Shown here one piece after another: positions 46,987 to 55,560 of a stretch of 64,000 nt of DNA (positions are counted from its first letter, which is position 1; each line of letters starts with the position of its first letter). Source of the stretch: Escherichia phage RB43; the sequence record NC_007023.1; one strand, 5' to 3'. Under the pieces are notes generated by a model. It was not told the DNA's origin. It did not search any database and worked only from the letters and a program-made list of their open reading frames with translations. A program made the position numbers and the translations under genes.

Positions 46987-47171
46987 TAATCAGCAAGCCT
47001 TATATTGTTCGGATCGGGAACGAAAGTATCCTTTTGAGTAACCATAAACACCAGGAAAGTAGCGATTTCAGGATCATCAATCACGTTGAATTTACGCTTA
47101 CCTTTCCAACGCACAGCGAGTTTGCCATTGTCCAGTTTCTTGATTGCTGCGACTTCTGATTTCGTAGTCAT
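46986..47171 (-). CDS. hypothetical protein (61 aa)
   Basis: ATG(rc) 47171 with AAAGGAG RBS downstream of conserved promoter. Confidence 0.5.
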   Translation of the reverse strand: MTTKSEVAAIKKLDNGKLAVRWKGKRKFNVIDDPEIATFLVFMVTQKDTFVPDPNNIRLAD

Positions 47172-47199
47172 GATTATCTCCTTTCGTTTCAGTACCCCT

Positions 47200-47228
47200 A
47201 ATATAACAAAAGCCCTACACGAATGCAA
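47200..47228 (-). promoter_or_regulatory. Conserved promoter cassette (TTGCAT-N17-TATATT)
   Basis: Minus-strand GCCCTTGCATTCGTGTAGGGCTTTTGTTATATT then leader ACTGAAACGAAAGGAG. Confidence 0.55.
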
Positions 47229-47333
47229 GGGCTTTTTCAACTTATCGACAGAAAGGACAACTAAAAGAGTCGCCGCTTCCACCATGTTTACGACACGCCG
47301 ATTTCTCGATCGGTGTCATTGTTAAAATTTTCA

Positions 47334-48392
47334 TTAGATACCTGTAAATGCTACGACAATCTGATAGTGGTCATCGAAGAATTCCCCTTGTCGTTGTACG
47401 ACCTCATGTAAGGGCATCCAGAACGCGTCTAACGCATCGTCAGAACCGCCCATAATACGTGGTAAACTTCCATCATTGTTAGGTTCTAACTTGATGTATT
47501 GCGCCACAGTCGGTTTTGAGAAGTGTACAGAACGCTTCGGATGATCGAACAGCATCGAATTGCGGATTGAACCACGAATAACCTTTTCAGGAACCTTGAT
47601 CCGAACCTCTTCGAGCAGTTCGCGGATCGCACAATCCAGGAACGTTTCATTTGCGTTTTTGTGTCCACCTGGCAGGGCTAGTGCGCCTTTTCCTGGTGCA
47701 AACTTACGACGAATTACCAGCAGGTGATTGTTGCACACAACCACGTTATCACCCGTGCAGCAGTTTAGCGCTTCTGGGTATGGGTAATTTTTGAATTTCT
47801 CCAATTCACTTTCCCATTTTTCGAATTCGTAGTACAGTCGCCAAAATGTATCCGTCATCATCCATGAATTGATATAACTCACAGTAGACGGAGGAACATA
47901 ACGAGATAGTTTCTTGTCCCATCCATTCTTATGCAAAAAGGATGGTTGGTCGTAAATCGGTCGCAGATAAATCTTCCCATCAACCTTAACCGGATCTACC
48001 GGAACATGAGTCCATCCAAACGCTTTCAGCCAGTATGAATCAGCATCTTTTTCGTAACCATAGATCGCGATGTTATCGCCTTTGGTTTCGTTGATTGCTG
48101 TACGAACAGAAGTTTTCCATTTTTCTTCGTTGTAAAGATAATCAGGAATATGAGCAAACTTAACACGACAAACATCTTCGTATTTGTATTCAGTCATCAG
48201 CCACGAAAAGATCATTCTTTCGCGTTCGTTCGCGGTCAGAGGATTTAAAACGTTGGGGTATGCGTAGGCAGAACCCAGGAGGATGTAAACGGTCTCCGAC
48301 TCTTCCAGTGCTTTACGCACCATCGCCGCATGACCATTATGGAAAGGTTGGAATCTGCCAATCACGACAGCTTTATCAAATTTGTGTTTCAT
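47334..48392 (-). CDS. Bifunctional NMN adenylyltransferase / Nudix hydrolase (NadM-Nudix type)
   Basis: N-terminal HxGH motif GRFQPFHNGH; C-terminal Nudix box GGHKNANETFLDCAIRELLEEV; GGAG RBS before ATG(rc) 48392. Confidence 0.85.
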   Translation of the reverse strand: MKHKFDKAVVIGRFQPFHNGHAAMVRKALEESETVYILLGSAYAYPNVLNPLTANERERMIFSWLMTEYKYEDVCRVKFAHIPDYLYNEEKWKTSVRTAINETKGDNIAIYGYEKDADSYWLKAFGWTHVPVDPVKVDGKIYLRPIYDQPSFLHKNGWDKKLSRYVPPSTVSYINSWMMTDTFWRLYYEFEKWESELEKFKNYPYPEALNCCTGDNVVVCNNHLLVIRRKFAPGKGALALPGGHKNANETFLDCAIRELLEEVRIKVPEKVIRGSIRNSMLFDHPKRSVHFSKPTVAQYIKLEPNNDGSLPRIMGGSDDALDAFWMPLHEVVQRQGEFFDDHYQIVVAFTGI

Positions 48393-48588
48393 AACGTGCT
48401 CCACGTTTAAAGGGTAATCATAAAACAGACGCAATAATCAATACACCAAGCAAACCGCCAATAAAGCCGAAGAATGACGAAATGAAGATAGACAATATAA
48501 TCTGTTTTATGTTCATTGTAGTATTCTCGTTTTAAGAGTCAAGCCCCCAGAACGGGGGCTTTAAAATCTTATTTACGAGAATCGAAAA

Positions 48589-49494
48589 TCACTTTGCCAG
48601 CGTAATCAGAACCCATGACAGTTTGAGGTACACCACCTTGTAGCGGGTAGAGTAGTTCATCTGTACATCCAGTTCTTTCCAGCGGATCATTTCTGGTGTA
48701 ATGGTGCGCTGCAACACGGCGTTCGCTTCTGCTTCTTTACGGGCCGCATACAGTTTAGCATCAGCATCACGTTCGTTTGCGAGTGCTTCATTTTCACGCG
48801 CCTGACGATTTGCTTCTGCCTGTTTTACCTGTTGTTGAGAAGTTTGCTCAACCTTCGCCAGTTCAGCACGAGCGGCGTTAACCTGTTCTTCACGGATCTT
48901 CGTGTTAGTTACCTGTTCCATGATAACATCTGGCAGGGTAATATCCTGCAAGAATACCTGTTTCACGGTGTAACCATACGGTCGCGCATACTCTTCAACT
49001 TCCTGCTGAATCGCAGTTTGCAACTGGTTCTGGATCTTTGCGTCGAACAGATCCTGTGCTTTCGGAACTGATTTACCGAATTCGCGAACAGTGGACAGCA
49101 ATTTTTCGGTTACGTATTTATCCAGAGCTTGTTCCTGGTCGCCAGCGTTGATACGGTTAATCGGTGCTTTGTTACCGTCGAATTGCAACATCACGGTCAT
49201 GTCAACAGTCGATTTAAATTTATCCTGGGACGGAACCTGCAACTTGTCGAATTTCTTCGCGATATCTTTCGTACTGAAAGTATCGAAGTCAGCCAGTGGG
49301 TTTACGATATGGAAACCAGGCATGACAGGTTTCGGAGAAACTTTACCCATAAAGGTCTGGGTTTTGACCGTACCGTCCTGTACGATGGTAAAGGAGTTCG
49401 GAACCAGCCACAGTGCAGCAACTACGCCCAGAGCGATCAGAGTGGTTTTCTTCGGGTTGTCACGGATAGTATTAATATTCATAGTATGTCTCAT
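48589..49494 (-). CDS. SPFH/band-7 (prohibitin-like) membrane protein
   Basis: N-terminal TM helix then SPFH-like core and long Ala/Glu/Gln-rich coiled coil. Confidence 0.6.
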   Translation of the reverse strand: MRHTMNINTIRDNPKKTTLIALGVVAALWLVPNSFTIVQDGTVKTQTFMGKVSPKPVMPGFHIVNPLADFDTFSTKDIAKKFDKLQVPSQDKFKSTVDMTVMLQFDGNKAPINRINAGDQEQALDKYVTEKLLSTVREFGKSVPKAQDLFDAKIQNQLQTAIQQEVEEYARPYGYTVKQVFLQDITLPDVIMEQVTNTKIREEQVNAARAELAKVEQTSQQQVKQAEANRQARENEALANERDADAKLYAARKEAEANAVLQRTITPEMIRWKELDVQMNYSTRYKVVYLKLSWVLITLAK

Positions 49495-49713
49495 TTGATT
49501 AAAGTTTATGTTTCAATTCGATAGTTATTCTATCATCACCATTTCGCTTGTCAAATACTTTTTTAAGAAAGTTTTGTCAGCTTGTAAATCGTTTGATAGC
49601 ACAAGCCTTTGATCTCGTCCAGTATGTTCTTCAATGAACTGTCTACTGATTCGTAGATATCGTTGGCTTCGGTGGCTATTTTACGGAGATACGCTACCGT
49701 GTCAAGCACATTT

Positions 49714-49947
49714 TCAACTTTTAATACGGGGTTTATAACGTCCTGTAATGCCTATATGGATTTCGGTGAATTTGTCTACCAAATCCTGCATATCTTCGTA
49801 AAAACCCTCGTATGCCTTATGTTGCGAATATGACCCCGTCATAAAATGTGCGCTGTGCATATACGTAACAGACATCAGGCATGTGCCAATAAAGGCATCT
49901 ATTTTACTTGTATTATCGCGCTCGACGATTTCGTTAAACGTTTGCAT
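49714..49947 (-). CDS. hypothetical protein (77 aa)
   Basis: ORF. Confidence 0.45.
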   Translation of the reverse strand: MQTFNEIVERDNTSKIDAFIGTCLMSVTYMHSAHFMTGSYSQHKAYEGFYEDMQDLVDKFTEIHIGITGRYKPRIKS

Positions 49948-49957
49948 CTTTCATCCC

Positions 49958-50242
49958 TTATGAACGGTGAATAGAAGCAAATTCAGTTGCTACCCTAAGC
50001 CCTAAGCGTTTGCATTCAGGTTCAGATTTACACTGCTTCTGCTGCCATTTTCGTTCCATGTAATTATAGAATAGTTCACTGGTATTTACGCTGGGAGGGA
50101 TGGTGTCTAGATACACCTGTAGCGCTGCATTGATGTAATAGTCGAACTCTTTTGCGACCACAGAACGGTCGTCTGCTTGCGATGCTGGAGACAAAATTAA
50201 CAAACCAAACATCAGCGCTTTTGATATGCGTTTAATGTTCAT
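49958..50242 (-). CDS. secreted small protein with signal peptide (94 aa)
   Basis: Signal peptide MNIKRISKALMFGLLILSPASQA; Cys pairs. Confidence 0.55.
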   Translation of the reverse strand: MNIKRISKALMFGLLILSPASQADDRSVVAKEFDYYINAALQVYLDTIPPSVNTSELFYNYMERKWQQKQCKSEPECKRLGLRVATEFASIHRS

Positions 50243-50347
50243 AGCAATTCTCTAAGTGCTTACGGATCAACAATAGACCCGTTCCTGTATATATTTATAG
50301 CAAAAAAGGGGCTAAAAGCCCCTTATGTTAAATTAATCTAAAAATAC

Positions 50348-50741
50348 TTATGTTATATCGTACCAGCATAAACCACGTTCATAAGCACGGATCTTATTGG
50401 CATTGTGAATGTTTTCATCCCATCCAATCACACCCGCTTTCATGCGTTTCAGTTCCTGGCGCATTTTAACGCGTACTTTTGAATCAATCTTTTTCTTTGC
50501 GATCGAAAGCATCGCGGGAGATATCACCATGCGCCTTGTTGCCGTCACGATTCAAATTGTTATCGAACCGGATATATGCGCAACCTGATTTATGTTTCCA
50601 GTTGGTTGTGTACCAACGAAGACCATCAGGATCGCGCCCGTGTTGTGCATAATACTCAGAATATGCCTTTGTCTCTTCGATCTGTTCCAGAGAAGAAAGG
50701 TCACGGATAGGAACATATTTGTTACGGTAAGTACGGCTCAT
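50348..50741 (-). CDS. hypothetical protein, apparently split at an A5 run (sense) near 50500 (about 129 aa if fused)
   Basis: Two overlapping protein-like frames joined by removing one A from GAAAAAG. Confidence 0.35.
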
Positions 50742-50771
50742 AGATATCTCCTTTTGTTTTCTAATTGCAGA

Positions 50772-51353
50772 TTAGCAATCTACGCCAACTTTATCAAGCA
50801 CTTTTTCATGATAATGTTTCCGGCATAACGAAACATATTTGTCTTCGGCTCCGATTTCGACTTGCTCCCCTTCGGTTACGAAGTTGCCTTGTGCGTCGAT
50901 ACGCGCGACCGTGGTTGCTTTGCGCCCACAGTGACACATTCCCCGTAGTTCTCGGATCTCGTCAGCCCATGCGAGCAACCAGTAAGAACCCTCGAACAGA
51001 TTCAACTGAAAGTCGGTACGCAGCCCGTAACACATTACAGGAATTTCGAGTTCATCAACAACGCGACACAGATCGAAAACGTTTTTCTTCGAAAGGAACT
51101 GTGCTTCGTCAACAAAAATACAGGAAATATTATTCCGGCGTTGAATGTCCCAGAACAGATCCATGCTGGGTGAAATCAGTTCACATGATGCGCTTAACCC
51201 TACGCGAGAAGACACCGTATGTGAACGAGTATCAAGCATAGGCTTGTAAATCACTACGTTCATACCACGTTCTTTGTAGTTGTATGCGTCGGTCAGCAGT
51301 CGTGCGCTTTTACCAGCATTCATTGATGCGTAATGATAATACAGTTTAGCCAT
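50772..51353 (-). CDS. tk: Thymidine kinase
   Basis: 193 aa; P-loop SMNAGKSARLL, VDEAQFL, zinc ribbon CHCGRKA...SLCRKH; collinear with T4 Tk. Confidence 0.92.
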   Translation of the reverse strand: MAKLYYHYASMNAGKSARLLTDAYNYKERGMNVVIYKPMLDTRSHTVSSRVGLSASCELISPSMDLFWDIQRRNNISCIFVDEAQFLSKKNVFDLCRVVDELEIPVMCYGLRTDFQLNLFEGSYWLLAWADEIRELRGMCHCGRKATTVARIDAQGNFVTEGEQVEIGAEDKYVSLCRKHYHEKVLDKVGVDC

Positions 51354-51529
51354 TTGCAGCGTCCTTGATCTCTTTCTTCACGAACAGAATGATATCTTCG
51401 ATTTTGTTTTCGATGTAGCACATGTTTGACATTACGCGCTTCTGTATCATCATCGGTCGCGTAGTCCATGTATAATTCACCCAGTTCTTTCAGTTTGTGC
51501 GTCAACAGCTTTTCTTCTTGCGGTCTCAT
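51320..51529 (-). CDS. hypothetical protein (69 aa)
   Basis: ORF. Confidence 0.4.
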   Translation of the reverse strand: MRPQEEKLLTHKLKELGELYMDYATDDDTEARNVKHVLHRKQNRRYHSVREERDQGRCKWLNCIIITHQ

Positions 51530-51711
51530 TCGCGAGATTCCCTTCTTTCATCGTCGATTAGCTGGTCGATGAAATCAACGATGTCATCAAACCAATCTAC
51601 GGCTTCTTGAGCAGAAACCGAACCTTTCCCACTACCACTCATAAAGCGTTCGCGAGCGTCAGCAAACTTTTCGAGTTTTGAATACAGCTTTTCTTTATGT
51701 TCCTGGATCAT
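51526..51711 (-). CDS. hypothetical acidic protein (61 aa)
   Basis: ORF. Confidence 0.45.
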   Translation of the reverse strand: MIQEHKEKLYSKLEKFADARERFMSGSGKGSVSAQEAVDWFDDIVDFIDQLIDDERRESRE

Positions 51712-52200
51712 GATAAATCTACCGTTTTCATGTTAACGTAGGGATCGAAATGTACCACGATGATTGGATAGTCGCCAGTGGCCTTATCAATGATGTCATA
51801 GATGCGCATCCAATCGCCCCCAGCAAGCCCCGCACCAATAAGAGGGGTAACGATAGGCAATTGAACAGGACACGCCTTAGCGCGTTCTACAGCAGATTTG
51901 AAGCATGATTCAATCGCATCATAATCGACTTGTGGGCCTTCACCCCAAAATTTGTATTGGGTGTACGCGTTAAACAGAAGTTTGTTTCCGTCCTGATAAA
52001 CGGAGTTACGCCCCAACTTAGATTGATTGCCCTTCATCGTCATTGCGTCTTCTTTAAACGCACCAGGGATCTTTTTCTTCACTTCTTTGGCGATACCCGC
52101 GCCCATGTTACCAGAAACCAGTTACCACCCCATGAATTAGGTGTACATCGCGATTAAGGAACAGTTCAACCGCGTTACCTTTGATTTCTTTAATGATCAT
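51708..52200 (-). CDS. TARG1/OARD1-like macrodomain protein, interrupted by a frameshift
   Basis: N-terminal 30-codon ORF (MIIKEIKGNAVELFLNRDVHLIHGVV...) then +1 frame MGAGIAKEVKKKIPGAF... resembling the TARG1 CRMGAGIAVLFKKKFG core; frames join if one T is removed from sense GGTTTC or a 7-nt unit from GTTACCA-GAAACCA-GTTACCA. Confidence 0.6.
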
Positions 52201-52434
52201 TGTTTATTACCCATTCGATAGCCGATCCCAATAACCAGCCCCATTATAATCACAACAGTGATCAGTATTGCAAATTGCATACCTATGCTCATTTGAATTG
52301 ATCATCCCATATTTGCCACGCTTCCAGTTCATCATTGTATTCAGGTAATGAACGTTCGCCAGGCTTCATTAAACAGTACCATATGATAATTGCAACAGCA
52401 ATAACCATTCCATAGAAAATAATTAGTCCTATCA

Positions 52435-52758
52435 TCAATATAATCCTATTCCGGCGTTGTACTCGTCAACCAAGTAGGTACGCAACTTTTCACAACGTTC
52501 CTTATTTGGTGCGCTAGTACATAGTTTCATCATCGGTTCAGACTGCAAAAACTCACGCTGTTTAGCCAGCTTTTGACGCTTAACCAGGTGCGCGTTTTCT
52601 TCGCCCCACACATAAGCAGCGTCCAGTTGTTCCGCGATCACCTGATAACATACAGCAGTATCTTTAATGTCGCGATGGTCGCAGAGTTCAGAAAGACGGT
52701 TGTCGTCTGCATACGCGAAACCAGAAACCAGAGTCAATAAAAGCGCAAGTTTTTTCAT
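52435..52758 (-). CDS. secreted small protein with signal peptide (107 aa)
   Basis: Signal peptide MKKLALLLTLVSGFAYA; four Cys. Confidence 0.55.
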   Translation of the reverse strand: MKKLALLLTLVSGFAYADDNRLSELCDHRDIKDTAVCYQVIAEQLDAAYVWGEENAHLVKRQKLAKQREFLQSEPMMKLCTSAPNKERCEKLRTYLVDEYNAGIGLY

Positions 52759-52759
52759 G

Positions 52760-53425
52760 TTAACCTCGATATGTCACGTCTTCGATAGGGTTATAGTAAT
52801 GATTCTTGCAAATATACGCAAGTGTTTTTCGTAGGCTTGCGCTGGCAAACAGAGGATCGCGGTTGTACGTCATAGAACGATAGGTGTGTACTTCCCAGAC
52901 TTCCCGATCAGTATCATACACGAAGCAATAGCTTTCATATTCAGACAGCATATGATCCATGATGTCGAAATACAGTTGTTTGTTTTCGTTCATCTTAACA
53001 AACGGCTTGATCAACTTGATTGCTTCATAAACCTGGTCAAGATTGCTATGGTCTTCATTCATCGCAACACGAATAACTGATTGATTCGTGTCTGGATTAT
53101 ATGTGTTGGTTGCAACACCAAGTTCATAAAAGAAGTTAGCAGCATCGCGATATGTTTCACCACCAGTGCGGGGAGAATTCAGGTAATACTCAATACGTTT
53201 TTCTACAGAGGAACTCCGCATAATGACGGCCTTTATGTCATCAATTCGTTCCTGCAAGTCAATACGCTTTTTGTTTAGTTCCGTAGCACGTTTTTGGAGT
53301 GGTTCAAGCTGGGTTCTTACTTCGTCAAACTCACTTGTAATGGCTGTCAACTGCTTTTCTAAGGTTTGGCTCAACATAGAAGTTGCGTTTTCGTTTACCT
53401 TATTCATAGCTTCTGCGTATGTCAT
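52760..53425 (-). CDS. hypothetical protein with N-terminal coiled coil (221 aa)
   Basis: ORF. Confidence 0.5.
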   Translation of the reverse strand: MTYAEAMNKVNENATSMLSQTLEKQLTAITSEFDEVRTQLEPLQKRATELNKKRIDLQERIDDIKAVIMRSSSVEKRIEYYLNSPRTGGETYRDAANFFYELGVATNTYNPDTNQSVIRVAMNEDHSNLDQVYEAIKLIKPFVKMNENKQLYFDIMDHMLSEYESYCFVYDTDREVWEVHTYRSMTYNRDPLFASASLRKTLAYICKNHYYNPIEDVTYRG

Positions 53426-53427
53426 GA

Positions 53428-53829
53428 TTATTCCCCTAATACATATTCAAAACGATGTTCCAGCGCATCATTAACGCTTTCGTAAACTCCCCCAATACGT
53501 GTAGCCTTACGAATGCCGGACTTGACAATATTCATGATCTCGACGTTACTACCCCAAACATTCAGGTTGAAATACAATTCGCAATCGATCGGATGGTCGT
53601 TTGTGTCGTAATACATGTCACAACCTTCGCAAACAAACAGTGTACGCTTTTCGTCGCCATACTGGAAGTGAATGTTAAACGCAGACATACTATCTTTATC
53701 AACAGTAATGTCAATGATGCGAACCTTTGGGTTGCTTTTCAGTTCGGTAAGAACACTTTGGATAACATGCAGAGTGTTCAGCTTGACAATCCCTACTCTG
53801 CCTACAATGACTCGATGTGATGTACTCAT
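53428..53829 (-). CDS. hypothetical protein (133 aa)
   Basis: ORF downstream of conserved promoter. Confidence 0.5.
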   Translation of the reverse strand: MSTSHRVIVGRVGIVKLNTLHVIQSVLTELKSNPKVRIIDITVDKDSMSAFNIHFQYGDEKRTLFVCEGCDMYYDTNDHPIDCELYFNLNVWGSNVEIMNIVKSGIRKATRIGGVYESVNDALEHRFEYVLGE

Positions 53830-53857
53830 AATTTAATCCTCAATGGTTGATGCACAC

Positions 53858-53886
53858 ATAATAAAAAAGCCCCTGCAAAAATGCAA
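53858..53886 (-). promoter_or_regulatory. Conserved promoter cassette (TTGCAT-N17-TATTAT)
   Basis: Minus-strand GCCCTTGCATTTTTGCAGGGGCTTTTTTATTAT. Confidence 0.55.
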
Positions 53887-53896
53887 GGGCTTTTGA

Positions 53897-54532
53897 TCAA
53901 ATAATTTGCTTTTCTTCTAACAGTTTCGCGGTATGGTTAACCATGCGAGCATATTCACGGGCTTCTTTCTTTCCATACTTAAAGCCAGCGTTATAACTCG
54001 CGAGCGCCTTTTTCAAGTCGCCTTTGTGGTAATCAAGCCAGTATTCCAGTTCATGAATAGCGTACTTAGAACCGCCCCGAAGGGTTTCAAGCGTTTTGAT
54101 TACTACGCGTTTGGAATATGATTTATCCATCCGTGCTAAAGCACTATTTGCGGTTACTTGCCAGCACCCGTAAGCGTGATGACCTTTCTTACCCTTTCCG
54201 GTGTTCTCACATGCGCGAGACTCGATCCAGGCAATAGCCGCTAAATGATATCCCAAACGTTTCGATTGTTCCGTTTCAACAGGTTTTGCAGTTTTGAGAT
54301 CATACTCGTTTCCGATCCTGAAAGCATACTCCAAAACCTTTTTCTGCTTTGGTGTAATTTCGTCCAGTTCCTTCACATATGATGGTGCTTTCTTGATCAC
54401 TGTTGCTTGTTGAAGCGGTAATGTTGACTGATAAGCCGGAAGTTTTTCGATGAATTCCCCAAGCGGATCTGTCTTTGCGTGACCAGAAAAAGAGCATAAG
54501 AAAATGCTGGTCGCTAAAATAATTTTCTTCAT
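53897..54532 (-). CDS. Secreted lytic transglycosylase (SLT domain; T4 Vs.1-like)
   Basis: Signal peptide MKKIILATSIFLCSFSGHA; SLT motifs AIAWIESRA and YGCWQVT. Confidence 0.65.
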   Translation of the reverse strand: MKKIILATSIFLCSFSGHAKTDPLGEFIEKLPAYQSTLPLQQATVIKKAPSYVKELDEITPKQKKVLEYAFRIGNEYDLKTAKPVETEQSKRLGYHLAAIAWIESRACENTGKGKKGHHAYGCWQVTANSALARMDKSYSKRVVIKTLETLRGGSKYAIHELEYWLDYHKGDLKKALASYNAGFKYGKKEAREYARMVNHTAKLLEEKQII

Positions 54533-54584
54533 TGATTAATACCTTTTGTAACAAGAGAGGGCAATGATACCCTCGCCTTATTAT

Positions 54585-55145
54585 TTATGCAAGTACAATC
54601 TTGCATTCCACCAGTTGATTTTGAATGAATTCAGCAACGTTATAGTTCATAATAGAACGGTTTGCATCATACAAAGCAACCAGGTCTTCAAAAGAAACCT
54701 GAACCACTTTTTCGAAGTGTGTACCCCAGTTAGTAGCAAGGATCTCTTTGTTGTCAAATCCACAGTCAGGACTGAATATGGCACGATATTTGTAACCAGA
54801 ATAATCCCGAAGACGGTTAACATTATGCGCGTTGCTGGTAATCAAAAACTGACCATGTTTAGTTTGAACAACGAAGAAATAACCAAAGAGTTCCTCACTA
54901 CCAAACATATTTTCGAACTTATTGATTTTGTCTTCTTTATCAACACGGGTTTCGATCATCTTCCAGACCTGTTCATATTCAGGCCAATCGTGTTCAACAA
55001 CAACCGCTTTCAGTGGTTCCTTTCCGCGTTTAACGCGAGATTTTTCTAATTTGCGCAACAGCGCACGAAGTTTCAGTTGATCATCATAATCCATATGATC
55101 CGTATCTGAAAGTTTGATTACAGCATAACGATTTTCACGATTCAT
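54585..55145 (-). CDS. hypothetical protein (186 aa)
   Basis: ORF. Confidence 0.5.
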   Translation of the reverse strand: MNRENRYAVIKLSDTDHMDYDDQLKLRALLRKLEKSRVKRGKEPLKAVVVEHDWPEYEQVWKMIETRVDKEDKINKFENMFGSEELFGYFFVVQTKHGQFLITSNAHNVNRLRDYSGYKYRAIFSPDCGFDNKEILATNWGTHFEKVVQVSFEDLVALYDANRSIMNYNVAEFIQNQLVECKIVLA

Positions 55146-55152
55146 TTCACAA

Positions 55153-55320
55153 TCACCTTATTAGAACAAACCGGACAAGTGATCACGCGGTAGGTGTCTC
55201 GACCACCAGTGTAATCGGTATGAACTTCTTCACGCACATCAGATGCGACGTAAGACAAACGAGATTCACATTTGCGGCAAGTAACCTCTTTTGGCTTCAT
55301 TTCAATGACTTGTACCATAA
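55153..55320 (-). CDS. small zinc-ribbon protein (about 55 aa)
   Basis: CxxC...CxxC (TCRKCES...ITCPVCS). Confidence 0.4.
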
Positions 55321-55325
55321 TAACC

Positions 55326-55523
55326 TCAGTTCAATTTTAATTTAACTTCACTACCGCATTTCGGGCAGGTAATGAACTTTATCACTTTGTAGTCAGCAGC
55401 ACGATAGAAACCATTGTAGATAGGTTTCGTCCTGCCTTGAATGTCTTCAAGTTCGTATTCTAACCCACTTTTGCAGGATTCGCAAACAGTAATTAGCTTT
55501 GGTGATACAATAACGTTAATCAT
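55326..55523 (-). CDS. small zinc-ribbon protein (about 65 aa)
   Basis: CxxC...CxxC (VCESCKS...ITCPKCGS); paralogous pattern to neighbour. Confidence 0.4.
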   Translation of the reverse strand: MINVIVSPKLITVCESCKSGLEYELEDIQGRTKPIYNGFYRAADYKVIKFITCPKCGSEVKLKLN

Positions 55524-55560
55524 ATATTCCTCACGAAAAAAGGGGCCGAAGCCCCCTTTG

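Noticed and set aside
47334-49494. Nampt/NadV partner for the NMNAT-Nudix gene within this window
   Set aside because: Neighbouring ORFs are an SPFH protein and mini-ORFs; no ORF of about 480 aa with phosphoribosyltransferase features found here; it may lie elsewhere in the genome
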